Notes under the pieces: model-generated
Told to the model about the DNA's origin: nothing
Database searches by the model: none
Seen by the model: the letters and a program-made list of their open reading frames with translations, nothing else
Position numbers and translations under genes: made by a program
Assembly: GCF_050920415.1 (NCBI RefSeq)
Contig: NZ_CP169309.1
DNA from: Escherichia coli
Lineage (GTDB): Bacteria; Pseudomonadota; Gammaproteobacteria; Enterobacterales; Enterobacteriaceae
DNA: 64,000 nt
Reading direction: 5' to 3' (one strand)
Shown: positions 1 through 11,506 of the stretch, piece by piece
Layout: each line of letters begins with the position of its first letter
Numbering within the stretch: the first letter of the stretch is position 1

Positions 1-432
1 GCACGACCTGATGCCAGCGAACAAGAGTTACAAACAGCACTGGATAACGCGTGGGTCAGTGAGTTTCTACCGCTCCTGCCACAAGGCGTTGATACGCCTG
101 TTGGCGACCAGGCTGCCCGCCTTTCCGTAGGCCAGGCACAACGTGTGGCGGTGGCGCGTGCATTACTGAATCCCTGTTCGCTATTACTGTTGGATGAACC
201 CGCAGCAAGCCTTGATGCTCACAGTGAACAGCGCGTAATGGAGGCGCTGAATGCCGCCTCTCTGCGCCAGACAACGTTAATGGTCACCCACCAGTTAGAA
301 GATCTTGCTGACTGGGATGTCATTTGGGTAATGCAGGATGGTCAGATTATCGAGCAAGGACGTTACGCGGAATTAAGCGTGGCTGGTGGTCCTTTCGCCA
401 CATTGCTGGCCCATCGTCAGGAGGAGATTTAA
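1..432 (+). CDS. cydD: Cysteine/glutathione ABC exporter CydD, C-terminal part (5' end lies outside the window)
   Basis: Open frame from base 1 to the stop at 430-432; translation has an ABC signature-like LSVGQAQR and Walker B LLLLDEP; directly precedes cydC as in the cydDC operon. Confidence 0.9.
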   Translation, partial: ARPDASEQELQTALDNAWVSEFLPLLPQGVDTPVGDQAARLSVGQAQRVAVARALLNPCSLLLLDEPAASLDAHSEQRVMEALNAASLRQTTLMVTHQLEDLADWDVIWVMQDGQIIEQGRYAELSVAGGPFATLLAHRQEEI

Positions 433-2154
433 ATGCGCGCTTTGCTACCCTATCTGGCACTGTATAAACGTCATAAATGGATGTTAAGTCTTGGTATTGT
501 GCTGGCAATTGTCACGCTGCTCGCCAGTATCGGTCTGTTGACACTTTCCGGCTGGTTCCTCTCGGCCTCAGCGGTAGCGGGGGTTGCCGGACTGTACAGC
601 TTCAACTATATGCTACCCGCTGCGGGCGTGCGTGGTGCAGCAATCACCCGTACTGCCGGGCGCTATTTTGAACGTCTGGTAAGTCACGACGCGACTTTCC
701 GCGTGTTGCAGCATCTGCGCATTTACACCTTCAGCAAATTGCTACCCCTCTCCCCTGCCGGACTGGCGCGCTATCGTCAGGGCGAATTGCTCAACCGCGT
801 CGTGGCGGATGTTGATACGCTCGATCATCTTTACCTGCGCGTTATCTCGCCGCTGGTAGGCGCTTTTGTAGTGATTATGGTGGTGACTATCGGGTTAAGT
901 TTTCTTGATTTCACCCTCGCCTTTACGCTGGGTGGCATTATGTTACTGACGCTTTTCCTGATGCCACCGCTGTTTTATCGTGCGGGAAAAAGCACCGGGC
1001 AAAATCTGACTCATCTTCGCGGGCAGTATCGCCAACAACTGACAGCCTGGCTGCAAGGGCAAGCTGAGCTGACCATTTTTGGTGCCAGCGATCGTTATCG
1101 CACGCAATTAGAGAATACTGAAATTCAGTGGCTGGAAGCGCAACGCCGTCAATCTGAACTGACAGCTTTGTCGCAAGCAATAATGCTGTTAATTGGCGCG
1201 TTAGCGGTGATCCTGATGCTGTGGATGGCGTCTGGCGGCGTTGGTGGCAATACTCAACCAGGCGCGTTAATTGCCCTGTTTGTCTTCTGTGCGTTAGCCG
1301 CGTTTGAAGCACTGGCACCAGTAACGGGTGCATTTCAGCATCTGGGGCAAGTCATTGCCTCTGCCGTACGGATCACCGATTTAACGGATCAAAAACCTGA
1401 AGTCACCTTCCCTGATACCCAAACCCGTGTTGCCGATTGCGTTTCGCTGACGTTACGGGATGTTCAGTTCACTTATCCGGAGCAGTCCCAACAGGCACTT
1501 AAAGGGATTTCTCTTCAGGTAAACGCCGGAGAACATATGGCGATTCTCGGGCGAACCGGATGCGGTAAATCAACATTGTTACAACTGCTGACCCGCGCAT
1601 GGGACCCGCAACAGGGCGAGATTTTAATTAACGATAGCCCCATAGCCAGCCTGAACGAAGCAACTCTACGACAGACCATCAGCGTTGTGCCACAGCGAGT
1701 GCATCTGTTTAGCGCCACACTGCGTGATAATCTGTTACTCGCCTCGCCTGGCAGTAGTGATGAAGTTTTGGCGGAGATCTTGCGTCGAGTTGGTCTGGAG
1801 AAGCTGCTCGAGGATGCAGGTCTCAACAGTTGGTTAGGTGAAGGCGGACGCCAGCTCTCCGGTGGTGAACTGCGCCGTCTGGCTATCGCCCGTGCGCTGT
1901 TACATGATGCGCCACTGGTATTGCTGGATGAACCTACCGAAGGCTTAGATGCCACAACTGAAAGTCAGATCCTTGAATTACTTGCAGAAATGATGCGTGA
2001 GAAAACGGTGTTAATGGTCACCCATCGACTTCGCGGGCTCTCTCGTTTCCAGCAAATAATAGTGATGGACAACGGGCAAATTATTGAGCAAGGTACTCAC
2101 GCAGAACTGCTTGCCCGACAGGGGCGTTATTACCAGTTTAAGCAGGGTTTGTAA
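433..2154 (+). CDS. cydC: Cysteine/glutathione ABC exporter CydC (fused permease and ATPase)
   Basis: 573-aa ORF with N-terminal transmembrane region and C-terminal NBD (GRTGCGKST, LSGGE, LLLDEP); ATG immediately follows the cydD stop. Confidence 0.95.
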   Translation: MRALLPYLALYKRHKWMLSLGIVLAIVTLLASIGLLTLSGWFLSASAVAGVAGLYSFNYMLPAAGVRGAAITRTAGRYFERLVSHDATFRVLQHLRIYTFSKLLPLSPAGLARYRQGELLNRVVADVDTLDHLYLRVISPLVGAFVVIMVVTIGLSFLDFTLAFTLGGIMLLTLFLMPPLFYRAGKSTGQNLTHLRGQYRQQLTAWLQGQAELTIFGASDRYRTQLENTEIQWLEAQRRQSELTALSQAIMLLIGALAVILMLWMASGGVGGNTQPGALIALFVFCALAAFEALAPVTGAFQHLGQVIASAVRITDLTDQKPEVTFPDTQTRVADCVSLTLRDVQFTYPEQSQQALKGISLQVNAGEHMAILGRTGCGKSTLLQLLTRAWDPQQGEILINDSPIASLNEATLRQTISVVPQRVHLFSATLRDNLLLASPGSSDEVLAEILRRVGLEKLLEDAGLNSWLGEGGRQLSGGELRRLAIARALLHDAPLVLLDEPTEGLDATTESQILELLAEMMREKTVLMVTHRLRGLSRFQQIIVMDNGQIIEQGTHAELLARQGRYYQFKQGL

Positions 2155-2195
2155 GCTATTATTGAACGATCCGACTTGCGTGGAGTTTTGCGGTC

Positions 2196-2900
2196 ATGCG
2201 CCTGGTTCAGCTTTCTCGCCATTCAATAGCCTTCCCTTCCCCGGAAGGCGCATTACGTGAGCCTAACGGCCTGCTGGCACTGGGGGGCGATCTTAGCCCT
2301 GCGCGCCTGTTAATGGCTTATCAGCGTGGTATTTTTCCGTGGTTTTCTCCAGGCGACCCCATCCTCTGGTGGTCGCCCGATCCTCGCGCGGTACTATGGC
2401 CTGAATCATTGCATATCAGCCGTAGTATGAAACGATTTCATAAACACTCGCCCTATCGTGTCACGATGAATTACGCCTTTGGTCAGGTCATTGAAGGCTG
2501 TGCCAGCGATCGCGAAGAAGGAACCTGGATCACGCGTGGCGTGGTCGAAGCCTACCATCGCCTTCACGAACTCGGTCATGCCCACTCCATCGAAGTCTGG
2601 TGTGAAGATGAGCTTGTTGGCGGTATGTACGGCGTGGCCCAGGGAACGCTATTTTGTGGCGAGTCCATGTTCAGCCGGATGGAAAACGCGTCCAAAACGG
2701 CGCTACTGGTCTTCTGTGAGGAATTTATCCGTCACGGTGGCAAACTTATCGACTGCCAGGTCCTTAACGATCACACAGCTTCGCTTGGTGCCTGCGAAAT
2801 TCCCCGCCGGGATTATCTAAATTATCTCAATCAAATGCGCCTCGGACGATTGCCGAATAATTTCTGGGTACCACGGTGCTTGTTTTCACCACAAGAATGA
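2196..2900 (+). CDS. aat: Leucyl/phenylalanyl-tRNA--protein transferase
   Basis: 234-aa ORF, length and position (between cydC and infA) match Aat. Confidence 0.93.
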   Translation: MRLVQLSRHSIAFPSPEGALREPNGLLALGGDLSPARLLMAYQRGIFPWFSPGDPILWWSPDPRAVLWPESLHISRSMKRFHKHSPYRVTMNYAFGQVIEGCASDREEGTWITRGVVEAYHRLHELGHAHSIEVWCEDELVGGMYGVAQGTLFCGESMFSRMENASKTALLVFCEEFIRHGGKLIDCQVLNDHTASLGACEIPRRDYLNYLNQMRLGRLPNNFWVPRCLFSPQE

Positions 2901-3181
2901 ATGTTTTCGGCACATTTCTCCCCAGAGTGTTATAATTGCGGTCGCAGAGTTGGTTACGCTCATTACCCCGCTGCCGATAAGGAATTTTTCGCGTCAGGTA
3001 ACGCCCATCGTTTATCTCACCGCTCCCTTATACGTTGCGCTTTTGGTGCGGCTTAGCCGTGTGTTTTCGGAGTAATGTGCCGAACCTGTTTGTTGCGATT
3101 TAGCGCGCAAATCTTTACTTATTTACAGAACTTCGGCATTATCTTGCCGGTTCAAATTACGGTAGTGATACCCCAGAGGAT

Positions 3182-3403
<222 letters not shown>

Positions 3404-3442
3404 TTGTTTTACCGCCTGATGGGCGAAGAGAAAGAACGCGTA

Positions 3443-3474
3443 AAAGGTCGGTTTAACCGGCCTTTTTATTTTGT
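3443..3474 (+). terminator. Candidate rho-independent terminator downstream of infA
   Basis: Hairpin aaaaggtcgg-ttta-accggcctt followed by tttttatttt. Confidence 0.5.
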
Positions 3475-3577
3475 ACGAAGAACGTTGGAAGTATAAGTAC
3501 ATAACTTGTCTCGATGTAGATATACTGCACAACTTGTTTACAGTATGAGCAAACGAGAATTGTCAGTAAAATTCTTC

Positions 3578-3606
3578 TTGACCGTTTTACTCCAACTCCC
3601 TATAGT
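3578..3606 (+). promoter_or_regulatory. Candidate sigma-70 promoter for serW
   Basis: TTGACC (3578-3583), 17-bp spacer, TATAGT (3601-3606), then a GC-rich discriminator typical of stable-RNA promoters. Confidence 0.4.
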
Positions 3607-3649
3607 AGCGCCCCGTTGCCCCCCATGAGGTCAGGCAGCAAAACAATTT

Positions 3650-3737
3650 GGTGAGGTGTCCGAGTGGCTGAAGGAGCACGCCTGGAAAGTGTGTATACGG
3701 CAACGTATCGGGGGTTCGAATCCCCCCCTCACCGCCA
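3650..3737 (+). tRNA. serW: tRNA-Ser (anticodon GGA), 88 nt including CCA
   Basis: GGTGAGGTGTCCGAGTGGCTGAAGGAGCACGCCTGGAAAGTG...GGGGGTTCGAATCCCCCCCTCACCGCCA; acceptor stem ggtgagg/cctcacc, long variable arm, encoded CCA. Confidence 0.95.
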
Positions 3738-3750
3738 TATTTGAAGAAGA

Positions 3751-3777
3751 GCTCGTACGAAAGTACGGGCTTTTTTT
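3751..3777 (+). terminator. Rho-independent terminator after serW
   Basis: 8-bp stem gctcgtac/gtacgggc with GAAA tetraloop followed by T7. Confidence 0.7.
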
Positions 3778-3787
3778 CGCATTTTAT

Positions 3788-3867
3788 CTGCCTGTACGGC
3801 AGTGAACAAAATTACAAAGCATCAAAACCAGGGAATAGTTTTCTAAGCTGCCTGTACGGCAGTGAAC
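3788..3867. repeat. Two copies of a 20-bp direct repeat ctgcctgtacggcagtgaac (3788-3807 and 3848-3867), each holding a small hairpin
   Basis: Exact 20-bp identity read from the sequence, 60 bp centre to centre. Confidence 0.6.
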
Positions 3868-3926
3868 TCAAATACTACACGTCTAGCCCGTTGTTAATAA
3901 AGCAAAACCATCTCATTTTCCTGCTG

Positions 3927-3945
3927 CCCCCCCCCCCCCCCCCCC
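3927..3945. repeat. Homopolymeric C19 tract followed by T6
   Basis: 19 consecutive C at 3927-3945, then tttttt. Confidence 0.9.
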
Positions 3946-4030
3946 TTTTTTATCCTTACCTTTCAGCTGCACTACTTATCAACAACTTACCATCATCATC
4001 AAAAAAAGGGTCTGAACCTCCTCCACCCCA

Positions 4031-4068
4031 TAAATAAAAAGTCCGTAACCTCTTTCGAGATTACGGAC
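4031..4068 (-). terminator. Candidate rho-independent terminator of clpA
   Basis: Inverted repeat gtccgtaa...ttacggac, followed on the minus strand by tttttattta, just 3' of the clpA stop. Confidence 0.6.
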
Positions 4069-4093
4069 TTCACCAACCTACCTAACAATTAGA

Positions 4094-6370
4094 TTAATGC
4101 GCTGCTTCCGCCTTGTGCTTTTGTGCACTCTGGAATCCGTAAGTCAGCTCATTTTTCTCTTTATCCAGCGCAACCGTCACCTGACCGCCGTCCACCAGCG
4201 AACCAAACAACAGTTCGTTGGCGAGCGGTTTTTTCAGGTTGTCCTGGATGACACGCGCCATCGGACGTGCGCCCATCGCCCGGTCGTAACCTTTCTCGGC
4301 CAGCCAGTTACGCGCTTCCTGGCTCACTTCCAGAGAAACACCTTTCTGATCCAACTGAACCTGCAACTCGACGATGAACTTATCCACCACCTGATGGATC
4401 ACGTCGGTGGAGAGATGATCGAACCAGATAATGTTGTCGAGACGGTTACGGAATTCCGGTGTAAAGATCTTCTTGATCTCTTCCATCGCATCGGTGCTGT
4501 TATCCTGATGGATAAGACCAATCGATTTACGCTCAGTTTCCCGTACCCCGGCATTAGTGGTCATCACCAGCACCACGTTACGGAAGTCCGCTTTGCGTCC
4601 GTTGTTATCGGTCAGCGTACCGTTGTCCATCACCTGCAACAGAATATTGAACACGTCCGGGTGCGCTTTCTCGATTTCGTCCAGCAGCAGCACCGCATGA
4701 GGATGCTTGATGACCGCATCAGTCAGCAAACCGCCCTGATCAAAACCAACGTATCCCGGAGGCGCACCAATCAGACGGCTGACGGTATGGCGTTCCATAT
4801 ACTCGGACATATCAAAGCGTAACAGTTCAATGCCCAGAGCTTTGGAAAGCTGCACCGTCACCTCGGTTTTCCCGACCCCGGTAGGACCAGCAAACAGGAA
4901 CGAACCGACTGGTTTATGTTCGTGACCTAAACCTGCACGCGCCATCTTAATGGCTTCAGTCAGCGCCTCAATGGCTTTATCCTGACCGAAGACCAGCATT
5001 TTCAGGCGATCGCTGAGGTTTTTCAGGGTATCGCGGTCACTCTGAGAAACACTCTTCTCTGGAATGCGCGCAATACGGGCCACCACGGACTCAATATCCG
5101 CCACATTAACGGTTTTCTTGCGTTTGCTTACCGGCATCAGGCGTGCGCGAGCGCCCGCTTCGTCGATAACGTCAATAGCTTTATCCGGCAGATGACGATC
5201 GTTAATGTATTTCACCGCCAGCTCCACCGCAGCACGCACCGCTTTCGCGGTATAACGCACGTCGTGGTGCGCTTCATACTTCGGTTTCAGGCCATTGATG
5301 ATTTGAACAGTTTCTTCGATCGACGGTTCAGTAATATCAATTTTCTGGAAGCGACGCGCCAGAGCACGGTCTTTCTCGAAAATGTTGCTGAACTCCTGAT
5401 AGGTTGTCGAACCAATTACGCGAATTTTACCGCTGGAGAGCAACGGTTTGATCAGGTTAGCCGCATCAACCTGACCACCAGAGGCTGCACCCGCACCGAT
5501 AATGGTGTGGATCTCATCAATAAACAGGATGCTGTTAGTGTCCTGCTCCAGCTGCTTGAGCAACGCTTTAAAACGTTTTTCAAAGTCGCCGCGATATTTT
5601 GTGCCCGCTAACAGAGAACCGATATCGAGAGAGTAAATCGTACAGTCAGCCATCACTTCCGGCACATCGCCCTGAACAATTCGCCAGGCAAGACCTTCCG
5701 CAATCGCGGTTTTGCCGACACCGGATTCCCCCACCAGCAGCGGGTTGTTTTTACGGCGACGGCAGAGAACCTGAATAGCACGCTCCAGCTCCTTCTCACG
5801 ACCAATCAGTGGGTCGATTCCGCCCACACGCGCAAGCTGATTCAGGTTCGTCGTGAAATTCTCCATACGTTCCTCCCCACCAGCTTGTTCTTCGCTGTTT
5901 GGCTGGCTGCCAGGATCAGAAGACTGTGTCGGCTCGTCTTTACGCGTGCCATGAGAGATAAAGTTCACCACATCGAGACGGCTGACTTCATGTTTGCGCA
6001 ACAGATATGCCGCCTGCGACTCCTGTTCGCTAAAGATAGCGACCAGAACGTTTGCACCGGTAACCTCATTGCGACCGGAGGACTGGACATGGAAGACCGC
6101 ACGTTGCAGTACACGCTGAAAACTCAGCGTTGGCTGTGTGTCGCGCTCCTCTTCACTGGCAGGCAGAACGGGTGTGGTTTGTTCAATAAAGGCTTCCAGT
6201 TCCTGACGGAGCGCAACCAAATCCACAGAACACGCTTCCAGCGCCTCCCGGGCAGATGGGTTACTGAGCAGCGCCAGTAACAAGTGCTCGACGGTCATAA
6301 ACTCATGACGGTGCTCGCGCGCTCTGGCGAAAGCCATATTTAAACTGAGTTCCAGTTCTTGATTGAGCAT
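4094..6370 (-). CDS. clpA: ATP-dependent Clp protease ATP-binding subunit ClpA
   Basis: ORF matches ClpA ([31 protein letters not shown]..., two AAA+ modules GESGVGKT and GPTGVGKT); start trimmed to ATG at 6368-6370, preceded by a gggagg SD. Confidence 0.97.
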   Translation of the reverse strand: MLNQELELSLNMAFARAREHRHEFMTVEHLLLALLSNPSAREALEACSVDLVALRQELEAFIEQTTPVLPASEEERDTQPTLSFQRVLQRAVFHVQSSGRNEVTGANVLVAIFSEQESQAAYLLRKHEVSRLDVVNFISHGTRKDEPTQSSDPGSQPNSEEQAGGEERMENFTTNLNQLARVGGIDPLIGREKELERAIQVLCRRRKNNPLLVGESGVGKTAIAEGLAWRIVQGDVPEVMADCTIYSLDIGSLLAGTKYRGDFEKRFKALLKQLEQDTNSILFIDEIHTIIGAGAASGGQVDAANLIKPLLSSGKIRVIGSTTYQEFSNIFEKDRALARRFQKIDITEPSIEETVQIINGLKPKYEAHHDVRYTAKAVRAAVELAVKYINDRHLPDKAIDVIDEAGARARLMPVSKRKKTVNVADIESVVARIARIPEKSVSQSDRDTLKNLSDRLKMLVFGQDKAIEALTEAIKMARAGLGHEHKPVGSFLFAGPTGVGKTEVTVQLSKALGIELLRFDMSEYMERHTVSRLIGAPPGYVGFDQGGLLTDAVIKHPHAVLLLDEIEKAHPDVFNILLQVMDNGTLTDNNGRKADFRNVVLVMTTNAGVRETERKSIGLIHQDNSTDAMEEIKKIFTPEFRNRLDNIIWFDHLSTDVIHQVVDKFIVELQVQLDQKGVSLEVSQEARNWLAEKGYDRAMGARPMARVIQDNLKKPLANELLFGSLVDGGQVTVALDKEKNELTYGFQSAQKHKAEAAH

Positions 6371-6400
6371 AGGCACCTCCCCCAATTTTTATGCCTGCAT

Positions 6401-6721
6401 TCAGGCTTTTTCTAGCGTACACAGCAATGGATGCTCATTCTCCCTCGCGTACTTGTTCACCATCGCCACTTTGGTTTCTGCAACCTCGGCGGTAAAGACT
6501 CCGCAAATGGCCTTCCCCTGGTAGTGAACAGCGAGCATCAATTGCGTTGCACGTTCTACATCATAAGAAAAGAATTTTTGTAACACGTCAATAACAAACT
6601 CCATCGGAGTGTAATCATCATTGACTAATATCACTTTATACATAGATGGCGGTTTTAGCGCGTCGCGAACTTTTTCTTCCGCCAGTTGATCAAAGTCCAG
6701 CCAGTCGTTCGTTTTACCCAT
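6401..6721 (-). CDS. clpS: Clp protease adaptor ClpS
   Basis: 106-aa [46 protein letters not shown]..., immediately upstream of clpA. Confidence 0.97.
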
Positions 6722-7043
6722 TGTCAGTTATCATCTTCGGTTACGGTTATCGGCAGAACGCCCTGCCGCTGACAAGAGCTTATTTGCCTGACCAATCTAC
6801 TCCACATGATAGATAACTATCATCTATCGTTGGCATCAGCGACATCTGTCACATTCCTGTCAATAGCGTTAACTGCTTCAAATTTTTGATTCATACCTGC
6901 CCCCTGGCCCCTGTCAAATGCTTGACGGCTCGCCCTAATTCTCTAAATTGTATTTCTAGAGTTGGCGAGGTTTTGAACAGCCCCCTCTCTGACCCCGGTT
7001 TATTCCATCTTACTTGTATAAGATTTGCGAAGGATGTCGAAGC

Positions 7044-7268
7044 ATGGAAAAGGGTACTGTTAAGTGGTTCAACAATGCCAAAGGGTTTGGTTTCATCTGC
7101 CCTGAAGGCGGCGGCGAAGATATTTTCGCTCATTATTCCACCATTCAGATGGATGGTTACAGAACGCTAAAAGCTGGACAATCCGTTCAGTTTGATGTCC
7201 ACCAGGGGCCAAAAGGCAATCACGCCAGTGTTATTGTGCCCGTCGAAGTAGAAGCGGCAGTCGCATAG
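7044..7268 (+). CDS. cspD: Cold-shock-domain protein CspD (stationary-phase DNA replication inhibitor)
   Basis: 74-aa CSD protein MEKGTVKWFNNAKGFGFICPEGGGEDIFAHYSTIQMDGYRTLKAGQSVQFDV...; ORF-track N-terminal extension trimmed. Confidence 0.95.
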   Translation: MEKGTVKWFNNAKGFGFICPEGGGEDIFAHYSTIQMDGYRTLKAGQSVQFDVHQGPKGNHASVIVPVEVEAAVA

Positions 7269-7305
7269 CTCTTCTGTCTCATTGTGTACATCCTACAGGC
7301 AAAAT

Positions 7306-7330
7306 GCCAGCCCGATCGGCTGGCATTTTT
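7306..7330. terminator. Hairpin terminator between convergent cspD and macB
   Basis: gccagcc-cgatc-ggctggc followed by attttt on the plus strand. Confidence 0.55.
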
Positions 7331-7340
7331 ATCTCAAAAA

Positions 7341-9287
7341 TTACTCTCGTGCCAGAGCATCTACTGGATCCAGTCGTGCCGCATTTCGTGCGGGTAACCA
7401 GCCAAATAAAATCCCGGTGACCGTCGAGCAGAGAAACGCCAGCAGCAGCGCCAACGGTGAAAAACCAATCTCCCAGCCGGGTAAGAAAAGCTGCAAGGTG
7501 AAAGCAATTAACAGTGACAGTGTTATTCCCAACGCGCCACCGACCAGGCAAACCAGTACGGCTTCGATCAGAAACTGTTGCAAAACATCGCTTGCTCGCG
7601 CACCTACAGCCATGCGAATGCCAATTTCCCGCGTCCGCTCGGTCACTGATACCAGCATAATATTCATTACACCAATACCGCCCACCACCAGCGAAATCAC
7701 CGCCACCAGCGTCAGAAACAGTTGTAAAGTACGTGTGGTCTTTTCAACGGTTTTCAAGACGCCGTCCATGTTCCAGGTAAAGAAATCCTTCTTACCGTGG
7801 CGCAGTGAAAGTAAACGCGTGAGTTGCTGTTCCGCCTCGGCGCTGTCAAAGCCCTCTTTCACCCTGACAGTAATAGAGTTCAGCCACGACTGGCCCATAA
7901 CTCTCCCGGACATCGTGCTGTAAGGTAACCACACGCGCAGCACTTTACTACTGCCAAACATCGACTGTTTTTCCTCTGCCACGCCGATGACTCTCGCTGG
8001 CATATTACCAACCAAGATAACCTCGCCAACCACATTTGCTTTATGGGGGAAAAGCTGACGGCGAGTATTACTGTCGAGAACCACGACTTGCGCACGGCCA
8101 TTCAGCTGTTCCTGATTAAAGGTGTTCCCTTCACTGAAGGTCATGCCATAGACATTAAAATAATCGCCGCTCACGCCATTGGCACTGGCAGCCACATCGA
8201 CATTGTTATAACGCAGGCGCAGGTTTTGCGAGACGGCAGGTGTGGCTGAGGCGACCCACGGTTGTTTTTGGATGGCGATTAAGTCGTCGTACTTCAGCGC
8301 CTGCTGATATTGCGGATCGTCATCGCCAAAATCTTTCCCGGGATAGACATCAATAGTATTCGTACCAATAGAACGAATATCCGCCAGCACCATTTGTTTG
8401 GCGGCGTCGCCGACCACGACAATGGAAACCACCGACGCAATACCGATAATAATCCCCAGCATGGTCAGTAAAGTACGCATTTTATTCGCTGCCAGCGCCC
8501 GCCACGCCATCGTCAGCGCCTCGTTAAAACCGCTGACAAACTGCCGCCAGCCAGACGCCGTGTTGATAACAGGCTCCGTCCCGCCAGCAACATTCACTTT
8601 TTCAATGGCGGGAGGATTGCGCACAATTTCGCCGTCGCGAATTTCGATCACCCGCTCGGCCTGAGCAGCGACCTGCGGATCGTGGGTAACGATAATCACC
8701 GTATGCCCGCGATCGCGCAGCTGATGCAGGATCGCCATCACCTCTTCGCCAGAATGACTGTCCAGTGCGCCGGTTGGTTCATCGGCAAGAATTACCTGAC
8801 CGCCGTTCATCAATGCCCGCGCGATGCTGACGCGCTGTTGCTGACCACCCGAAAGCTGTGCCGGGTAATACTCTGTACGGTCTTCCAGTCCCAGTCGTTG
8901 CAGTAACTCCTGGGCGCGAAGCAACCGCTGTTTCCGCTCAAGACCGGCATAGACGGCGGGTACTTCAACGTTCTGCTCGGCGGTTAAATGTGAAAGCAAA
9001 TGGTAACGCTGGAAAATAAAGCCGAAGTGTTCGCGACGCAGTTGCGCCAGCGCATCGGCGTCCAGCATGGCAACATCCTGACCGGCGACGCGATAGGTGC
9101 CGCTGGTGGCCTTATCCAGGCAGCCGAGAATATTCATCAGGGTCGATTTACCGGAACCCGAAGCGCCGACAATCGCCACCATCTCACCAGCATAAATATC
9201 GAGGGTGATGCCCTTCAGCACCTCAACTTGCTCATCACCGGCAGGATAGCTGCGACGAATATCCTTTAATTCGAGCAAGGGCGTCAT
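7341..9287 (-). CDS. macB: Macrolide export ABC transporter MacB (ATPase/permease)
   Basis: 648-aa ORF with N-terminal NBD ([28 protein letters not shown]) and C-terminal FtsX-like permease. Confidence 0.95.
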   Translation of the reverse strand: MTPLLELKDIRRSYPAGDEQVEVLKGITLDIYAGEMVAIVGASGSGKSTLMNILGCLDKATSGTYRVAGQDVAMLDADALAQLRREHFGFIFQRYHLLSHLTAEQNVEVPAVYAGLERKQRLLRAQELLQRLGLEDRTEYYPAQLSGGQQQRVSIARALMNGGQVILADEPTGALDSHSGEEVMAILHQLRDRGHTVIIVTHDPQVAAQAERVIEIRDGEIVRNPPAIEKVNVAGGTEPVINTASGWRQFVSGFNEALTMAWRALAANKMRTLLTMLGIIIGIASVVSIVVVGDAAKQMVLADIRSIGTNTIDVYPGKDFGDDDPQYQQALKYDDLIAIQKQPWVASATPAVSQNLRLRYNNVDVAASANGVSGDYFNVYGMTFSEGNTFNQEQLNGRAQVVVLDSNTRRQLFPHKANVVGEVILVGNMPARVIGVAEEKQSMFGSSKVLRVWLPYSTMSGRVMGQSWLNSITVRVKEGFDSAEAEQQLTRLLSLRHGKKDFFTWNMDGVLKTVEKTTRTLQLFLTLVAVISLVVGGIGVMNIMLVSVTERTREIGIRMAVGARASDVLQQFLIEAVLVCLVGGALGITLSLLIAFTLQLFLPGWEIGFSPLALLLAFLCSTVTGILFGWLPARNAARLDPVDALARE

Positions 9288-10399
9288 TGTGCAGCTCCTG
9301 GTTTGGCCTCACCAATCACCACTTCATCGCCCGCTTCCAGCCCTTTGACAATCTCAACATCGGTATCGTTGCGTGCGCCAATCGTCACTTCACGCTCGCG
9401 TGTTTCACCATTACGCAACAATTTGACTTTATAACGATTATCGCCAACCGGATCGCCTAACGCCGACAGAGGGATCGTCAGCACATTTTTCACATCGGTG
9501 AGCTGAATATGCACTTGCGCGGTCATATCCAGCCGCAGCAAACCATTGGGGTTTGGAACTTCAAAACGGGCGTAATAGAAAATAGCGTCATTAACCTTTT
9601 CCGGCGTCGGTAGCACATCCTTGATTTGCCCCTCGTAGCGCGTCAGCGGATCGCCAAGCACTGTAAACCAGGTTTTTTGCCCCGGCTTCAGGTGAATTAC
9701 ATCCGCTTCAGAAACCTGCGCTTTTACCAGCATGGTACTCATATCTGCCAGCGTCAAAATGTTCGGTGCTTGTTGTGCGGCAATCACCGTCTGACCTTGC
9801 AGAGTGGTGATTTGCGTGACTTCCCCAGCCATCGGGGCAACGATGCGGGTGTAATCGAGATTGGTTTTAGCCGTATCGAGAGAGGCCTGATTGCGCTTTA
9901 TTTGCGCGTCAATGGTGCCAATTTGTGCCTGTTTCACAGCCATCTCCGTCGCGGCGGTGTCGAGATCCTGTTGTGAAACAGCCTGCGTTTGGGCCAGACG
10001 TTGCTGACGTGAATACGTCACCCGTGCCAGTTTCAGTTCCGCTTCCGCCTGCTGACGCTGCGCGCGCAACTCCATCAACGTTGCTTCCACCTCCTTGATC
10101 TGGTTTTCAGCCTGTTCAGGATCAATAACACCTAAAAGTTGGTCTTTTTTTACTTTATCGCCAATCGCCACCGACAGCGTTTTCAACTGACCGCTGACCT
10201 GTGCACCCACGTCAACCTTACGCAGCGCGTCCAGCTTTCCGGTCGCCAGCACGCTTTGCTGTAAATCGCCTGGACGCACAATCAGCGTCTGATAAGTCGG
10301 CACGGGTGCGTTAAGAATTCTCCATAACGTAATCAGCCCGGCAATGACTATCACCAGCGCAATAACGTAACGCTTCTTCACGGTTTTCCGCTTTTTCAT
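9284..10399 (-). CDS. macA: Macrolide efflux periplasmic adaptor MacA
   Basis: 371-aa membrane-fusion protein [18 protein letters not shown]...; 4-bp overlap with the macB start. Confidence 0.95.
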   Translation of the reverse strand: MKKRKTVKKRYVIALVIVIAGLITLWRILNAPVPTYQTLIVRPGDLQQSVLATGKLDALRKVDVGAQVSGQLKTLSVAIGDKVKKDQLLGVIDPEQAENQIKEVEATLMELRAQRQQAEAELKLARVTYSRQQRLAQTQAVSQQDLDTAATEMAVKQAQIGTIDAQIKRNQASLDTAKTNLDYTRIVAPMAGEVTQITTLQGQTVIAAQQAPNILTLADMSTMLVKAQVSEADVIHLKPGQKTWFTVLGDPLTRYEGQIKDVLPTPEKVNDAIFYYARFEVPNPNGLLRLDMTAQVHIQLTDVKNVLTIPLSALGDPVGDNRYKVKLLRNGETREREVTIGARNDTDVEIVKGLEAGDEVVIGEAKPGAAQ

Positions 10400-10513
10400 A
10401 AATATTCTGAATACTCCATATGCCAATCCGGGTCATTAACTTCAACGAAATATCAACAAAACCCTAAAATTTACGTTAGTAATCACACTATTGATGTTTG
10501 GTTAAGATACGCC

Positions 10514-11506
10514 ATGGTGAAATCGACGTTATGTATAACCATTGATTTCATGAATATGTCGCAGCTAACTGAACGGACCTTTACGCCATCTGACTCTCTC
10601 AGCAGCCTGTCACTTTTTCTTAGTCTGGCACGTGGACAGTGTCGGCCGGGTAAATTTTGGCATCGCCGTAGTTTTCGCCAGAAATTTTTGCTGCGCTCGT
10701 TGATTATGCCGCGTTTAAGCGTTGAGTGGATGAACGAACTTTCCCACTGGCCTAATCTCCATGTGTTGTTAACGCGCCAGCCGCGACTGCCTGTGCGTCT
10801 GCATCGCCCTTACCTTGCGGCGAATCTTAGCCGCAAGCAATTGCTGGAGGCGTTACGTTACCATTATGCATTGCTCCGTGCCTGCATGTCGGCAGAAGAA
10901 TTCAGCTTATATTTGAATACTCCCGGGCTGCAACTGGCGAAGCTGGAAGGCAAAAACGGCGAGCAGTTCACGCTTGAGCTGACCATGATGATCTCAATGG
11001 ATAAAGAAGGTGACAGCACAATCCTGTTCCGCAACTGCGAAGGTATTCCTCTGGCAGAGATCACCTTTACTCTGTGTGAATACCAGGGGAAAAGAACAAT
11101 GTTTATTGGCGGGCTGCAAGGTGCGAAATGGGAAATTCCACATCAGGAAATCCAGAATGCGACGAAAGCCTGCCACGGGCTATTTCCCAAACGTCTCGTG
11201 ATGGAAGCGGCCTGTCTGTTTGCCCAACGTTTGCAGGTAGAGCAGATCATTGCCGTCAGCAATGAAACGCATATTTACCGCAGCCTGCGTTATCGCGATA
11301 AAGAAGGCAAGATCCATGCAGATTACAACGCTTTCTGGGAGTCGGTTGGCGGCGTATGTGATGCTGAACGCCATTACCGCCTTCCGGCACAGATAGCACG
11401 AAAAGAGATTGCCGAAATCGCCAGTAAAAAACGGGCTGAATACCGTCGGCGCTATGAGATGCTCGACGCTATTCAGCCACAAATGGCCACGATGTTTCGC
11501 GGTTAA
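10514..11506 (+). CDS. ybjX: DUF535/VirK-family protein YbjX
   Basis: 330-aa ORF in the position and at the length recalled for ybjX; exact start not verified. Confidence 0.8.
   Translation: MVKSTLCITIDFMNMSQLTERTFTPSDSLSSLSLFLSLARGQCRPGKFWHRRSFRQKFLLRSLIMPRLSVEWMNELSHWPNLHVLLTRQPRLPVRLHRPYLAANLSRKQLLEALRYHYALLRACMSAEEFSLYLNTPGLQLAKLEGKNGEQFTLELTMMISMDKEGDSTILFRNCEGIPLAEITFTLCEYQGKRTMFIGGLQGAKWEIPHQEIQNATKACHGLFPKRLVMEAACLFAQRLQVEQIIAVSNETHIYRSLRYRDKEGKIHADYNAFWESVGGVCDAERHYRLPAQIARKEIAEIASKKRAEYRRRYEMLDAIQPQMATMFRG

Noticed and set aside
145-432. 95-aa ORF called as a separate small gene
   Set aside because: It is the in-frame C-terminal end of cydD, whose reading frame is open from base 1.
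3741-4037. 98-aa ORF with a PPPPPP stretch downstream of serW
   Set aside because: The frame runs through the serW terminator, the two direct repeats and the C19 tract (which encodes the prolines); it has no RBS and low-complexity translation. It is almost certainly non-coding.
4097-4822. 241-aa ORF antisense to clpA (and similar antisense ORFs at 5192-5611 and 5885-6280)
   Set aside because: Entirely embedded opposite a highly conserved gene; typical shadow ORFs of GC-rich coding sequence.
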